From Takakia lepidozioides (taxonomy: Eukaryota; Plantae; Bryophyta): DNA of 64,000 nt. Each line of letters opens with the position of its first letter. Within the stretch, counting starts at the first letter, position 1. The position numbers and the translations under genes were made by a program. This document shows positions 39,807 through 52,163 of this stretch, one piece after another. The stretch lies in the NCBI GenBank assembly GCA_030704615.1, contig CM060734.1, positions 6,014,001-6,078,000 on the forward strand, in the 5' to 3' direction. The notes under the pieces are model-generated. The model was not told the DNA's origin. It ran no database searches and was given only the letters and a program-made list of their open reading frames with translations.

Positions 39807-41190
39807 TGCTTGGCATGGTTTTGCTTGATGTACTCCCACCAGGCAAGAAGTCGGTGATTCCCGTCCCACACAAAAAACATTTTGCCCGACATATGGCCGA
39901 AGTCTGGATCACCCTTCAGCATTGTCTCGAATTCGTCGTTGCGAGTGTGCCAGTGGGTATCCCATGTTAACAATTCATCCGCAGTGGGTCCACGAGTTTC
40001 GCCGTCCTCATTCTCAATGGAAACGTAGAAGGCTAGCAAACCTAGATGATACCCTTCTCGAAATGCGAACTTGAGCTTATCCACATCTCCTGGAAGAGTC
40101 TGCCTGACGATGGGAAGGGAGACCATGCGACAGAGTGGAATTCGAAGAGTCCGCTGGAATACCTTGCTACCCAGAACTCTGCCAATGCTACTGTGTGTCT
40201 CCTCCAACATTGTATCCGCTGCACTTTGGAATTCCTCCGGAGACATTTCTGCAGGTGGCGGTAGGGGCTGAGCAGCTGGAGCATCCCCAACTGCAGCTGT
40301 ACTCTGGGGAATCTTTGCGGGCAGTTCTCGCATTGCAGAGGCCTCCTCCGGGCCTGTAGTATTCTGAAAATCTTCCTCAACGGTGGTGAAGTCCTGCTGC
40401 GAACGTTGAGCAGTAGCACCCTCCTCCGCTGACAGATCGACAAAATCGGTCGATCCTGTTGTCTTCGCTGCAGCAGAGACGCCCCCAACATCGCCTGGCT
40501 GGAAATCAAGCAGGAACTGGGCTTCAAGTCGTGGAATCGGTTTTGCGGGAGACTGCTCCGCCCTCCCCCTGATTGCCTTATGTTTCTTGATTCTTGCAGG
40601 TAAAGGTGTCTGTTGCATTTGAATCTACACTACACCCTTTTGCTTCATTCTCTTGGGGGGGGGGGGGGGTTTGGCGAAAACGGCCTGGTCCAGTTCAAAA
40701 ACCAGTTCAAAGACGGGCTGCTTCTTCTTCGTCTTTGCTGGAGAAGGGCCCGACCCCTGTTGGCGATTCTCCATGACCTTCAAACGCAAGTATTTCTCTG
40801 GGGTTTTGAACTGCAAAGACTTGCCTTTCCAAGCCGCGTCCTTGAAACGCACAGGGCTAGGCCCGGCAGGAAGACCCGTGCTCGTGGATCGGCTGGGTGT
40901 GCGTACTGCAGCTAGCTCCACGGATTCTTCCTGCGGCTCTTCGGATTCCTGCGATCCCTCCACCACCTCCACCTTTCGAGTTAGGCATGCAAACATCTTT
41001 TGCATTCAAGTGTCCTATCATACAGTCTAAGAATTGCACAACAAAAATGAGGGAGGGTTTCGGTGCTCGATCAGCTGCACACATCCCGATAGCACGGAGC
41101 TCTCACTGGGGGCTGGGTTGCCTGCGTTGCCTGCTGCTGCGAGATGACCATCTCCTCCTGAAGACGCATTTGCTTCCTCCCCTTCGGCAT
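39807..41190 (-). pseudogene. Copy C ParB-MTase gene, 5' part (N-terminal linker and ParB-like domain)
   Basis: ORF 39596-40618 contains IPLCRMVSLPIVRQ...GYHLG...FYVS...FFVWDGNHRLLAWWEYI; cut by the LTR at KHI; probable frameshift in the G-run at about 40654-40669; start tentative. Confidence 0.85.
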
Positions 41191-41539
41191 TGGCCTACGT
41201 CCAAAGTACAACTTGCAGAGCTTGCGACGATGTCTCTTCTCAAGTGCACGAACTTCCTCCCTCTCGGGTTGGAGCATAAAAAGAACGCAGACACGGAAAA
41301 GAGTGCAGATGGAAAGGGCGCGAGAGGGGTGACTGAGTAGACACGACAAAAAAAGATGAAACGGCGGTGATGCACCACTTGGCTTCGAAAGGCTCGGATG
41401 GAAGTGTCTCCTCATGGACTATGCGTCATTACAAAATTCGAATCGTCAAAGGTACGCCTGCCATCCGCCAAACAAACATCATTAACCCACGGTCAGGCCG
41501 TGCCGTCTCCTACCACTTCAGCCAGCATGAGTGCAGACA

Positions 41540-41735
41540 TCAAAATGCGGTGCCGCATTTCCGTTGGTCTACGTGTTCACATATTCATGGCATTTGCGTC
41601 CCAGCGTCTCATGAGTTAGAGTGAAAACGGAAATGCGGTGCCGCATTTCCGTTAAGGCAGCTTTGAGTTGCATCTTGAACGGAAATGCGGTTTCATGCTT
41701 GACATGCAAACCGGAAATGCGGCGACGCATTTCCA
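41540..41735. repeat. C-type palindrome cluster (AAATGCGGTGCCGCATTTCC, 4 copies) upstream of the copy C gene
   Basis: Directly visible; ends just before the putative LTR start at 41756. Confidence 0.85.
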
Positions 41736-42439
41736 TTCCACTATTGCATGGATGATGTAGACTAATAGGAATTTCTGACTTAATGACAATTTTCAAAACT
41801 TTTTAATATCTTTCTCATCGATATAGCCTGCGATACCTTCGATATTGCTGCGATAGGGCAATGTTCTTCGATATCTTGTATACAGTCGATAGTCTATCTT
41901 GGACTGAATGATAGAAGAGATGGATGAATAATTGTAAAGGATGGATGAAGGAGTTTGAGCGGTTATTACAATTATTGAAGCGCCCTGCTATATAATGCGT
42001 TCCTGAGAAGCAGAAAGTGTCAATTGAGCCAGAGAGCCGTGACCGGGAGTAGGGAGAGCAGAGTGAGTAGAAGATAAACTATAGAGTTATTCTGCAATGG
42101 TAGATTTAGTACTGCGTTCTTGCAGTGTTGTGATTTATGAATGAGAGGAAAAGAAAAAAGAAGTGCAATTCACTTTGTGTATGTGTGAAGAATGGAGTGA
42201 TGGAATGAGAAGGTGTTTCTGTGTGTAAGAACTGAAGAACCATAACTATATGAGATGGTGAGAATGAGCATAAATGAAACAGATAAGAATTTGATGTGAG
42301 AATTAGTTTATGGTCTATCAAGAGAAATATCGATAGAGAGATATTCAAAGCTCAAGAAGGAGCAGATTAAGGAAACAAAGATAGAAAGAGTTCAATTGGA
42401 TTCAGGGTAGGAGTATAACAGTGAATTAAAATCATTTGC

Positions 42440-42748
42440 ATGGCAGAGAGCCATGGTGAGGGAATAAAGGAAGTGTCGGAGTTGATCACTAGATTACCAG
42501 ACCATTTATCGATAACAATCTTTCAGAAGCTTTGTTGTAGTGATAAAGAAGTATTCTTATTGCAATTGGTCAATAAAGGATGGTGTAGGGAAATATCCAT
42601 CCTATACTGGAGTTGTTATTGGAAGCATAGTTGGTTGCAGAAGTGGTATAGACCATTTAAAGGCTATCCTGAACTTATGAGAGAATGGAATCATAATTTT
42701 GGTGAGGGAAAATCCCTGGAGCGACTGGAGAAACAGAATTGGTGGTGA
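42440..42748 (+). CDS. F-box-like mini-ORF 1 inside the putative LTR
   Basis: ELITRLPDHLSITIFQKL...FLLQLVNKGW fits the plant F-box pattern L-x-x-LP-D-x-L...I-F-x-x-L...V-x-K-x-W. Confidence 0.6.
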   Translation: MAESHGEGIKEVSELITRLPDHLSITIFQKLCCSDKEVFLLQLVNKGWCREISILYWSCYWKHSWLQKWYRPFKGYPELMREWNHNFGEGKSLERLEKQNWW

Positions 42749-42764
42749 AGAATAATCACTAGCG

Positions 42765-43067
42765 ATGTGTGAAGGAGAACAGATAGCATATCCTGTAGAA
42801 CTAATTACCGGACTGCCTAATAGTTTGTCTCTAGATATCTTTAAAAGATTACAATGTAGTGACAAAGAGATAATCAATCTATGGTTAGTTAATAAAGAAT
42901 GGTATCGAGAGCTGTTGACTTTGTATCAAAGAGAATATTGGAGGAAAAACATAGTGGAGCAATGGTATTTGGTTTCAGCCGATGGAGCAGAGTTAATAGA
43001 AGATGGAGAGAATATTTATGAATCTGGAAGAATGATGATCGTGTTAGATGAAGATGACTGTTGGTAG
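42765..43067 (+). CDS. F-box-like mini-ORF 2, tandem paralog
   Basis: ELITGLPNSLSLDIFKRL...LWLVNKEW; clearly paralogous to ORF 1 (CSDKE, YW..., WY). Confidence 0.6.
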   Translation: MCEGEQIAYPVELITGLPNSLSLDIFKRLQCSDKEIINLWLVNKEWYRELLTLYQREYWRKNIVEQWYLVSADGAELIEDGENIYESGRMMIVLDEDDCW

Positions 43068-43212
43068 AAGTTATTTCAAAGAAGGGATAGAGAGAGATAG
43101 AATAGTCTGGCATCATTATGTATTAGTCGTATAGTGCTTTCCCCAGCGAAAGAACTCTAGACTAATTGATCTTTTCTTTTAGGATTGATCTTAGTTTTAT
43201 TCTACATCTTTT

Positions 43213-43230
43213 TGGCGCCGCTACCGGGGA
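43213..43230 (+). promoter_or_regulatory. Primer-binding site 1 (Athila-type, tRNA-Asp-like)
   Basis: TGGCGCCGCTACCGGGGA, 6 bp after ...TTCTACA. Confidence 0.8.
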
Positions 43231-43435
43231 AAGGCCAATCGAGTGGGCTATTTTAGAACATTATATTATTGGTAAAAGAAACGTTGGATCAAAAGAGAAA
43301 CTGAATTATGAAGCTTGTGAGGTTAGGGTTTTGAAAAAAACATTGTCGGGGATTTTGTTTTCTTATACTTTTGTTTTTCTTTGGTTTCAATTTTTCAATT
43401 TTCTTGGATGTGAAACAATTACATAACAATTCGAG

Positions 43436-44383
43436 ATGGAGCAATTTGTTTCTACAACCCCTAGGGAAGCATATCTTTATAATTATTATGTGAACTTTCA
43501 GAGTGTGATTCAGCAACTTCAAAGAGAGAATTGTGGTCTTCATAGTGAAGTAAATAGGTTGCAGGAGGAAAACTTAAATCTTTCACGGTCTGTAGAGGCA
43601 AATTCCTGGATGACACCTATTGAGACAGATCTTGTACTTCAAATTGGTGATTTAGGCATGGATATTTTGAACTTGGAGGCCAAACTCAAAGAGTTGGAGG
43701 GAAGGAATCATGATCTGACTATTCAATTGAATTTGGCTCAAACGACAAATTTGGAAGAGATCCGGGCAAAAGATCTTGAAGCCGAAGCTTTGCTGCAAAG
43801 AAATGAGGAGCATTTTCAAAGTGAGATTTCGACCTTGAAGGCAAAGTTAGATACAATCTCAATTAAGAAAGAGAAATCATTACTGGATAATGAAATTTTG
43901 CAAGAAGAAAATCAACTCTTATACATGAAGATGCAATTTCTTGATGATCAAGTTGCCACTCTCTTATCTGAGAAAGTAAGTTTTGAGCAAGATAATGCAA
44001 TGACTATTGAACAATGTAAAGAAATTGCTTTGGAGGTCGTGCAAATAAGGGACCAATTCATTCAATTGAGGAATTCGCAAGAAAACACAATTTTTGAGGC
44101 AAAGCTAAATTCTTGCAATTATCAAAAATCGCAAATTTCTTTGGAGGAGATCAATTTGGATGTGTGTTCAAATTTTGATACATTGAAGGCCATTGAGGAA
44201 AACTCAAGTTGGAATGGTGATTGTGACAATTTGCTTCAATTGTGCTTACAAACAACAATGCAAGTGTATTACCATGGAGGTGATGATATTTTCCTTTCTT
44301 TTGAAATTGATACAATTGTGAAAGTCATGACCACAAAGAAGACCAAGAAAATGGTTAATAATTATCGAGATGTTGGAGTTTAA
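43436..44383 (+). CDS. Open 315-aa coiled-coil ORF of unknown function, upstream of gag
   Basis: Uninterrupted ORF, rich in L/E/Q/K heptads, lying between two PBS copies. Confidence 0.6.
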   Translation: MEQFVSTTPREAYLYNYYVNFQSVIQQLQRENCGLHSEVNRLQEENLNLSRSVEANSWMTPIETDLVLQIGDLGMDILNLEAKLKELEGRNHDLTIQLNLAQTTNLEEIRAKDLEAEALLQRNEEHFQSEISTLKAKLDTISIKKEKSLLDNEILQEENQLLYMKMQFLDDQVATLLSEKVSFEQDNAMTIEQCKEIALEVVQIRDQFIQLRNSQENTIFEAKLNSCNYQKSQISLEEINLDVCSNFDTLKAIEENSSWNGDCDNLLQLCLQTTMQVYYHGGDDIFLSFEIDTIVKVMTTKKTKKMVNNYRDVGV

Positions 44384-44624
44384 TGGGAAGAATTTTGTGT
44401 GAAAGAAAAAGATGAGGATTATTTGATGAAGTGTGCAGATCAATACGAGAGGAATTTAATTGAGATGAATATTAAGACATTTATTGTTGGGAGACAATTA
44501 GAAGTAGATATAGTGTTCTAATCACGACATAGCAATTCAATTGTGTGCTTTCCCTGCGAACGAACCTCGAAACTGATTGATCCTCATTTTAGGATTGATT
44601 CTAGTTTTTATTCTACATATTTTT

Positions 44625-44642
44625 TGGCGCCGCTGCCGGGGA
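44625..44642 (+). promoter_or_regulatory. Primer-binding site 2, preceded by a second copy of the LTR 3' end
   Basis: ...TTTTAGGATTGATTCTAGTTTTTATTCTACA TATTTTT TGGCGCCGCTGCCGGGGA repeats 43135-43230. Confidence 0.8.
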
Positions 44643-44885
44643 AAGACGATGCGGTTTGCTATAGTGATGCTTTACTAAAATTTCAAGATAATTACTTTCT
44701 GTTGAGGAATTACGAGATGATGGGGGAAGTCATTCGTAATAGTAAGGTTTCCCCACCTGGTTTCAAACTATGTCCTTATTGTAGTTTATGTAAGCAGCAT
44801 AAAAAGGCAGAGATTCCGGAATGTTTTTGGACTCAGAAGAAGGCGTGGGAGACGGATGAGCCTCCTTGTTCTCAGTTAACAAAAA

Positions 44886-47175
44886 GTGGAGATGCTAGCT
44901 CTGGCGATAGCGCAGGAGGAGCAGATTCAACTATTGCCTGAACAAGAAGAAACGTCAAGAACACTTGAATTGACTGTTGCAAGAAATCGAGGAGATCATC
45001 TTGTATTGTCAATCAAGAAGAAGGGGTTATGGGGTATGAGGGAATCTCCCGTAACCGCCGAACATAAGGCTAAAGCCAGATCTGATCGATTGGCAGTCAG
45101 GATAGCACGACGAGCATTATTAGCCGCACAGGCAGCTGCATCGGCACCACCTATCGCGTCCCCTGCACCACCTATTGTACCACCTATTGTACTAGTACCA
45201 ATGGCGGCAGTACCAATGGCGGCTGCTCTCCAATCAATTCCAGTGGTGGTAAATGTGGGAACACCCAACGATAGAACTGTCAATGAATCGCCCCTGCCAC
45301 AGTTTACGGGGCTGCAAGGGTCAGATCCTGACTGCCATTTGGCTCAATTTATGACAGCTTGTATTGCTAATAATGCCAGGACGGAATTCTGTTGGTTGAC
45401 AATGTTCCCTGCCACTTTGCGAGACTTAGCATTTCAGTGGTATGATCGACAACAGCATGGAGCATTTCCTGATTGGAACACATTAAAAACAGCTTTCTTA
45501 ACTCAGTTTTGACCCTTGGGATTTACCGATCGTCTACGGGAGCAATTGACAAAACTCCATATGGTGAAAGGCGAGTCGGTCGATTCATTTGCAGGCCGTC
45601 TCGAGGATATTCTTCGGCGATGGAATAATCATAATATTTCTAACCATATGCAGATGGGCCTATTTGTAGAAGGGTTGGTTCCAGCAGAACTGAAACGTTT
45701 TGTTAAAGAAGGTATTCCGGCCGATTTACAGGCAGCAATTAATCGGGCTAAGTTATGGGAGACTATTAATATCACTACTTATTCAGTTGGGCCCACGACA
45801 ATGTTTGATACTGATTCCTGGGCCCCACAAGCATCGTCAGCTCCACTGACTATGTCTCCTTCTTCAAATCAGTCTACTTGGGAATGTATGCCCTTGTATC
45901 CTTGCAAAATCAACTACCAGCTGGTGTAGTAGTTGACCCGCAAGAAGGGCAGATTGCTGCATTAACTAAGAAAATGGAGGAACTCTCCGTCCAATTGGCT
46001 TCTAGATGAGAAGGGAGACCCAAGCCAAGTAATCAGCGATCCAATATGTGGTGTTCTAATTGTCAGGTTCATGGACATCTTGCTAAGGAGTGCCCAGTGG
46101 GCCCAGTGACCAATCCCATTAATGGAGCTGCTGCTAAATGTGGTAAAACAGGACATGTGATATTACAATGTTGGCATTTACAATCGGCTATGGGTCTAAC
46201 TCCAATAAAGAATAAATCAAGGACGGGTTGGGATGTCAATCAAATCAGGTTGGCCCCACCATCTGCTAACCAACATGTGGCTGCTCAATGGTCTGACCAA
46301 CCTCCCCAGACTCAGCAACCCTGGAGACCAACTCGAGGACCCCAGAGCTGGTACCAGTCGGCTAATCAGCCTACTCGACAGCAAGTGCGGGGGATACCAC
46401 CTCAGGGAGCTTATGGTCAAACCTATGGGGGCGGAGGAGGCCAACAACAGCAGATGTATCCACAACAGACCAATACTCCTTATCGGCCACCGGCTCGACG
46501 ATTGAGGATTGGCCAATATCTGATTTGCTATCGTTGTCATGAGATGGGACATATTGCCAGCGAATGCCCTAATCCGAAAGCCCCGGTTGATTATATCCCG
46601 CTTTGTGGGCATTGTGGAGGTCAGGGACATACTGCCAAACAATGTGAGAGTCCATACCCCCAAAATCCCATCCATCAGCAAACTTCATCAACCCCTACAC
46701 TTCCTGGTTCAGGACCAGTACCACCAATTGCAGGGCCGTCACATTCTTTTGGAAACACTAATACCAATCGAGTTGTGAACCGAGTAAAGTGCAAGAATGT
46801 GTGAGTGATATGAATTTGGCTGATAAGATAGCCACCTTGAAAGGCAAAGGCAAGATGGAAGCAGCCGATACCCCTTTGCAATCTTATTATTTTAATGCTG
46901 AGACAGATAAGCCCATGGTTAAAGGGGTTACCACCAGAGCTCGTAAGTTATTGCCGATGGATCCTATCGTGGAAAATTCTGCCTTAAAAACCCCCGATAG
47001 CATGAAGTCCAAGCCAATTGAGGAGGTACAACGATCTTTGCCCATTATGCCCAATATTCATCCGATACCAATGATGATATCGCCTAGTTTGGTTGTTCAT
47101 CCACCTTCCACTATCGTGGACTCTATCGATCCGGATCCTATCATCTCAGTTGCGATACCCCAATCCAGAACGGAG
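44886..47175 (+). pseudogene. Athila-like gag (retrotransposon gag domain and several CCHC knuckles), disrupted
   Basis: LPQFTG...DPDCHLAQF...FPATLRDLAFQWY...WNTLKTAFL; CSNCQVHGHLAKEC, CYRCHEMGHIASEC, CGHCGGQGHTAKQC; stops and frameshifts; cut by element A. Confidence 0.9.
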
Positions 47176-47793
47176 CAACGACGCAATGGCGTGAGCGTTG
47201 CACGTGAGCGCGCGAGCGTACGCTCACGCCAGCTGACGTGGCGTGAGCCTGCACACATGCTGACGTGGCGTGAGCGTCATGTCAGCATGCTGATGTGGCG
47301 GTAAATGATGACGTGGCACTGTCCGTCAACTGCCACGTCAGCATTAACATGCGCCGCCTATAACCGTGGATGGTCCTATGACCGTGGAATTAATGCAGGG
47401 AATCTTGCCTAAATAGAATCAAGACGAGCGTTGAGGCCTACAATTGCAGCATCCAACATTGTGCAATTACAAATGTTTGTTTCACTTTTACAATTACGAA
47501 GACGACAAAATATCCTCACAAAGTGTGCGCCATAAAGGCTGCCACGAGAAGACTTCCTCCCTCCTCAAATAACAATGAGAGTTATGATCATCTTCAAAAG
47601 ATGATTGTAGTGCATAGCGACAGCAAGACATGTAGACTTCGAACGGTGCAATGACAAATGTGCACTACCTAAAAGTTGTCACTCAGACCTCACTCCGTAT
47701 AGTTGGAGGCCATATCATTGCACAGCCGACGAATTGATGTGAATTACACATTTCAAATCATGGTCATCCACATACCACATTACATAGTTCATG

Positions 47794-50700
47794 CTACCCA
47801 TGTGTTGTATCCCGCTGCAAAAGAGTATCGACCTCGTTGAAACTCATAGTGGCCTGGTGAATGAAGTTGTCACGTTTGGGATCGCAAACCATCCTCCTCA
47901 AAAATATGAAATACAAATGTTTGCAGGGTATGAATTTACCTCTCTTGCCCAAACTGGTTGATAGCATATTCACAAAATCAGGACATGTGCAATTGGGGAA
48001 ATTGGAAACCGTGATGTCGTAGGTCCTGTCATGAACAGCAGATGTGGAAGTGATGATTGTGAATACCCGACCATATCCTGGATCGGGTACTTCCGTGGTG
48101 CTTCCGACACGAGCTTGGAGCATTCTTGCGGACTCCACTTTGCCAAAGTGTTCAGCGGTTGGAGGGAAACGCCGAACGAGCTTTCCATCTCGTTTGGTTG
48201 GCCACAAGTCAGGATTTGCCGGGGGGACCCGGGAGGACGCAGGAGTAGTAGCACATGCATGGAGTTGGGGTTGTCTCGCAAGGGAAAAACCTGCCTCCTC
48301 CAGCATTTCAATCTCCTGAAAGCTGAGATGTGTTCCCACCTTCACGGGCCAAACGGTTGGAGGAGATGGCTTCATCACTACGGAAGGACGCACAGTTCCA
48401 TGCACACATCTGGCACAATCATCTGCGCAGAACCAGAACTTGTGGTTCTTGGCTTCTGGTTGACCGTATGGACGCATCAAGCCCGTGAAAGTCGGAGCAG
48501 GAGTTCGGGCACCACCTCTGGATATAGATGAAGTGCACTTCTCGAAATTAGTTGCCCTGATCGCTGTACATTTCACACGAGACCCGACACTTGTGCGTTC
48601 TATGTGCCAAACGTGGTCGGGGCATGCGGACTCAAGCACATCAAGGGGGTTGTTTCTCTCCTGCACCATTTCAGTGGCACGGTTTGATGCTGGAGCTTGC
48701 CGTCGTGTTGGAGGTTCCTCCACAATGGAGGTTCCGGACACGGAGCTGTCATGCAGGGGAACACGAGGCTTCGAGAAGTTATCACGGTCTGCCCTGTGGG
48801 AATCTGAATCCGAACCAGGTGGAGTGTTCAATTTCCTCTTACAGGAGCCGAATCTCTCCTCCCCTTCAAGATGTGGAACTCTAGAAACAAGTGGCGTTCC
48901 CTGGGCATACATGCTCACCGCCCGTGCTATCTTGATTGGATCCCCAGATCTGTTTGCAGCACGCAACATCAACTCCGATTTGTCCGGACCCTTGCCACCA
49001 ACCCCACCTCGTAAGAAATCACGGTATCGGGTTTGTTGTTGCAAGGCACGTATCAAATCATCTGTTGTTGCCACATACAAATCCCGACCTCGTTTCCCAG
49101 ACTGCTGCAACCATGCATTGTGCACAGTTTCTGCCAAATTGCAAGATGGCATGTCTGCCATTTCCTCAATGGACATGTTCTGCAAAGAGGATAACCACAC
49201 TTCAGAATAGTGCACAGGAAACAACATAAAGAAAGCAATGAGTCAAAAATATGGAAAGCAAATGTATGAATAAAGCATGAAATAGAAGCCTCGTACCATT
49301 GTCATGGCTGCTCCCCACTGTCTATACCGGAAGTGCCAAAACGCCAGCCAATCTTCCAATGCTCTCATACTCTCAAGTGATGCAGCTCCAGAAGAGAACC
49401 ACCAGGCACGAATTGTCTGGAACAAAGTGTCCGCCTCCTTCATTGTTCTAGCATCTTTGTACTCTTTGCACAATTTACGGTGCTGAGTCTGCATCTCTGG
49501 TTTGATGTCCGACTTTGTATGTTTTTCCAGAGATTGTGTCCAATGGAATAGACATGTACGCTCTCTTCCTGGCATAGGCACTTTTGGGTCGCCCGATCCG
49601 AAGACAATACGAATAGCATTGAAATTTGCTTGAGCACTATCCGCCATGAAACCTGCGAAATTTGGAGATGGCAGCCCATGGCAGCCCATGACACGTATCA
49701 GGGAATTCCACATGAGCTTCTGGGATTCCGTATCCTCGGATTGCATGTCACAAACTGCAATTGTCATAACTCGTTGGTACACTGGATCGTAGACATGACA
49801 AGCCATTGTCGTCCAATCCTTCACTCGTTTCACATGATCAAACATAAGAAAACAGTTCTGCAAGTCCCCAGTCTTTGCATCCGCTTCACGAGGCTAACCC
49901 CACTGCCCTCCCCAACAGTCGACATTTTGAAAAGAAAAACTTTGATGGCACCTTGACCTGGGAATACATTGTCCTGGATGTAATCGTACTTGCTCAGTCG
50001 TTTCAATTCCAAAATATTGTCTATGTAGCCTCTGATCCCAGAGCCCATTCTCAATGCATTGATCTGATGCCGAATGTTAGGTGAACTTAAAGTGGAGAAA
50101 TGATCCATGACCAGGTCCAATGCTGCACCGTCAAGTTTAGTCCCCACAGAATCTCCTTCACTCAAAATATGGCTTTCCAAGAAGGACTTGCTTGCGCCAA
50201 GAGCAATTGCAGATGTTGTTGCGGATGGGTTTCTCCCGAACTCCTGTTTGATCAACCTCGATACTGTCTCAACACTCTCCCTGTAATCCCCCTTCGAGAC
50301 AGGATGGTTATGGAATCCAAAATGCACACAAGCTCTCGTCATTGTATTCAAACGGTGGACAACATAGTACATTCTTGCTCCGCAGAGCGCCAAGCAGGAT
50401 GGCACAAGTTTGCAGAATTTGCAGACGAAAGTGTTTGCCGGTGGAGGGGCAGTCCCAGGCTGAAATGGATTCTCCGCCAGACCCTCCCATTCGCTTTGAT
50501 TATGAACTCCAGACTGAAGAAAGTGTCTGCAATTCAAATTATCACACCTAAGGTGTCCATTGCAAACTGTCCTCCTGAAAACAAGCTTGTCATCATTCTG
50601 AATATTGGATGTTTTTGTTCTGCACCACGGGTGCCCGTCGTGTTTCTTGTCCATTCCATGCATCATGATTGTTACACCTCCAACTCGCGGAGGAGGAGGC

Positions 50701-51308
50701 AGCTCGAATAGGATATCGCCATCAAAAGTCTCCGGCAAGAACTTCACAGGCACCTGCTTCAAAGATTCCCAATCAATTCCCCGCAACTCACTTTTGAATC
50801 CAGCCATTCCTCCCATCGCCCGCAATTTTGGAATGACACTACAAATCTCTTCTTCATCAGCTTCTGCAACCACAGTAGGAAGGACTGGATTTGGAATTTC
50901 ACTTATGTCATCATCGGAAGAATCCGAAAGCTCAACGATTGGAGTGGAGGAAGTCTGTTCTTTTTTCACCACCACCTCCCTCTTGTCTTCAACGACCGAA
51001 GCAGCAGTCCCGGGCGTCACATATGACCCAAGGGACTTTCGCCGAGGCTCTCCAAGTACTCTGTATCGACCAGGACGCACTCTCCACTGGCTGATATGAG
51101 CCGTCTCATCACGGTTTTGGAAAGAATATTTCACCAACTTCCCTTTCAGATCGTAAACCTCTTTCTCCAAAAAGATGGAGCCATTCTGCAGCTGAAAACG
51201 GGTAGCCAAGACATGTTCCAGAACAATTGCAAATCCATTGTCAAGGACTTCCTGGGAGAACGGCACTGGTTTGTCGTCTGAGAAGAACTCCGCTTCAGAG
51301 GAAGCCAT
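47794..51308 (-). pseudogene. Element A Mutator-like transposase (GCM-like, DDE, SWIM) with one frameshift
   Basis: DKKHDGHPWC...VCNGHLRC...CKFC...HFGFHNHP; LMFDHVK, FMADSAQAN, CLFH, NLAETVH; CTCPDF...CKHLYF; GT-AG intron 49296-49180 at the same position as in B; frameshift near 49870. Confidence 0.9.
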
Positions 51309-52163
51309 CTTCCTTCCTCGAGTATGTTTGTACCTTGCTATCGCAGATCTAGTGTAAATCGGTTTACTGCTGTCTCCAGAACACAGTTGAAGAATGAGCA
51401 GAGCATATGGCGGAGGAAGCTCAGATAACGACTGTGCATATTCTGTTATTCATTCCAGATATGCAGCCGTCCATTTTAATTACTTTTCTTGTGGGCCCAG
51501 TGGTCAGAGAATCCATAGGGGCAGTGTCGGCAACTGTTAAACCGTTAATCAGAACCTCATCAATAAACCCAATAACAAAGCCGACTTCCTGGAAGCATGC
51601 CACAGGATCCGAGAATGGGATTGCAGATTAAGTAAATGTATCTATATACTACTACCAATGATCATGCGCACCTGGAAAGTTCCAAATGTGCAACGAATGT
51701 GGGGTTTGGATAACAAGGATGACCGTGTATGATATTCCAAAATTTGTCATCAAACTCTCGTTCATTTATATTTATTTGTTTAAGACTGCGCATCAATTTC
51801 TGGGATTCGCTGTTCTTTTTAAATATTGAACCAGTTATAATTTAGAACACGCCGTTTTGTTTTGGGCGGCACACGTCAGACATCCATAACTGAATACGAA
51901 CAGCTGTACACCAATTGCTGGCATGTGCACTAATAACGAAACGACTATGTGTAACGGTCACGCGGGAGGGAATCCGATGCTTCTAGAGACACGCAAGAAC
52001 ACAGGCAATCCCGCAAGAAATCGAGAGTCACTGCGTTTTTCTACTTTTCGCGCTTAGAGGGAGAGTGGTAGTCAAGCTGGAGAGGGTTCCTTCTAGAATA
52101 CGAAAGAGAAGAAAGTCTCTTTATTTTACTTCCCTTAGAGAGAGACGCAGAGCAAGAGAGAAA

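Larger units (their letters stand above)
13114..41755. mobile_element. Element C: Mutator-like ParB-MTase transposon; left terminus visible, right part cut off by the Athila-like element
   Basis: Left end GGGGGCTGCTATTTC plus CATGAG subterminal repeats has the same form as the left TIR of element B (19786); contains a ParB-MTase gene (- strand) and C-type palindrome arrays at 15775-16425 and 41540-41735; its transposase and right TIR are not seen in the window. Confidence 0.7.
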
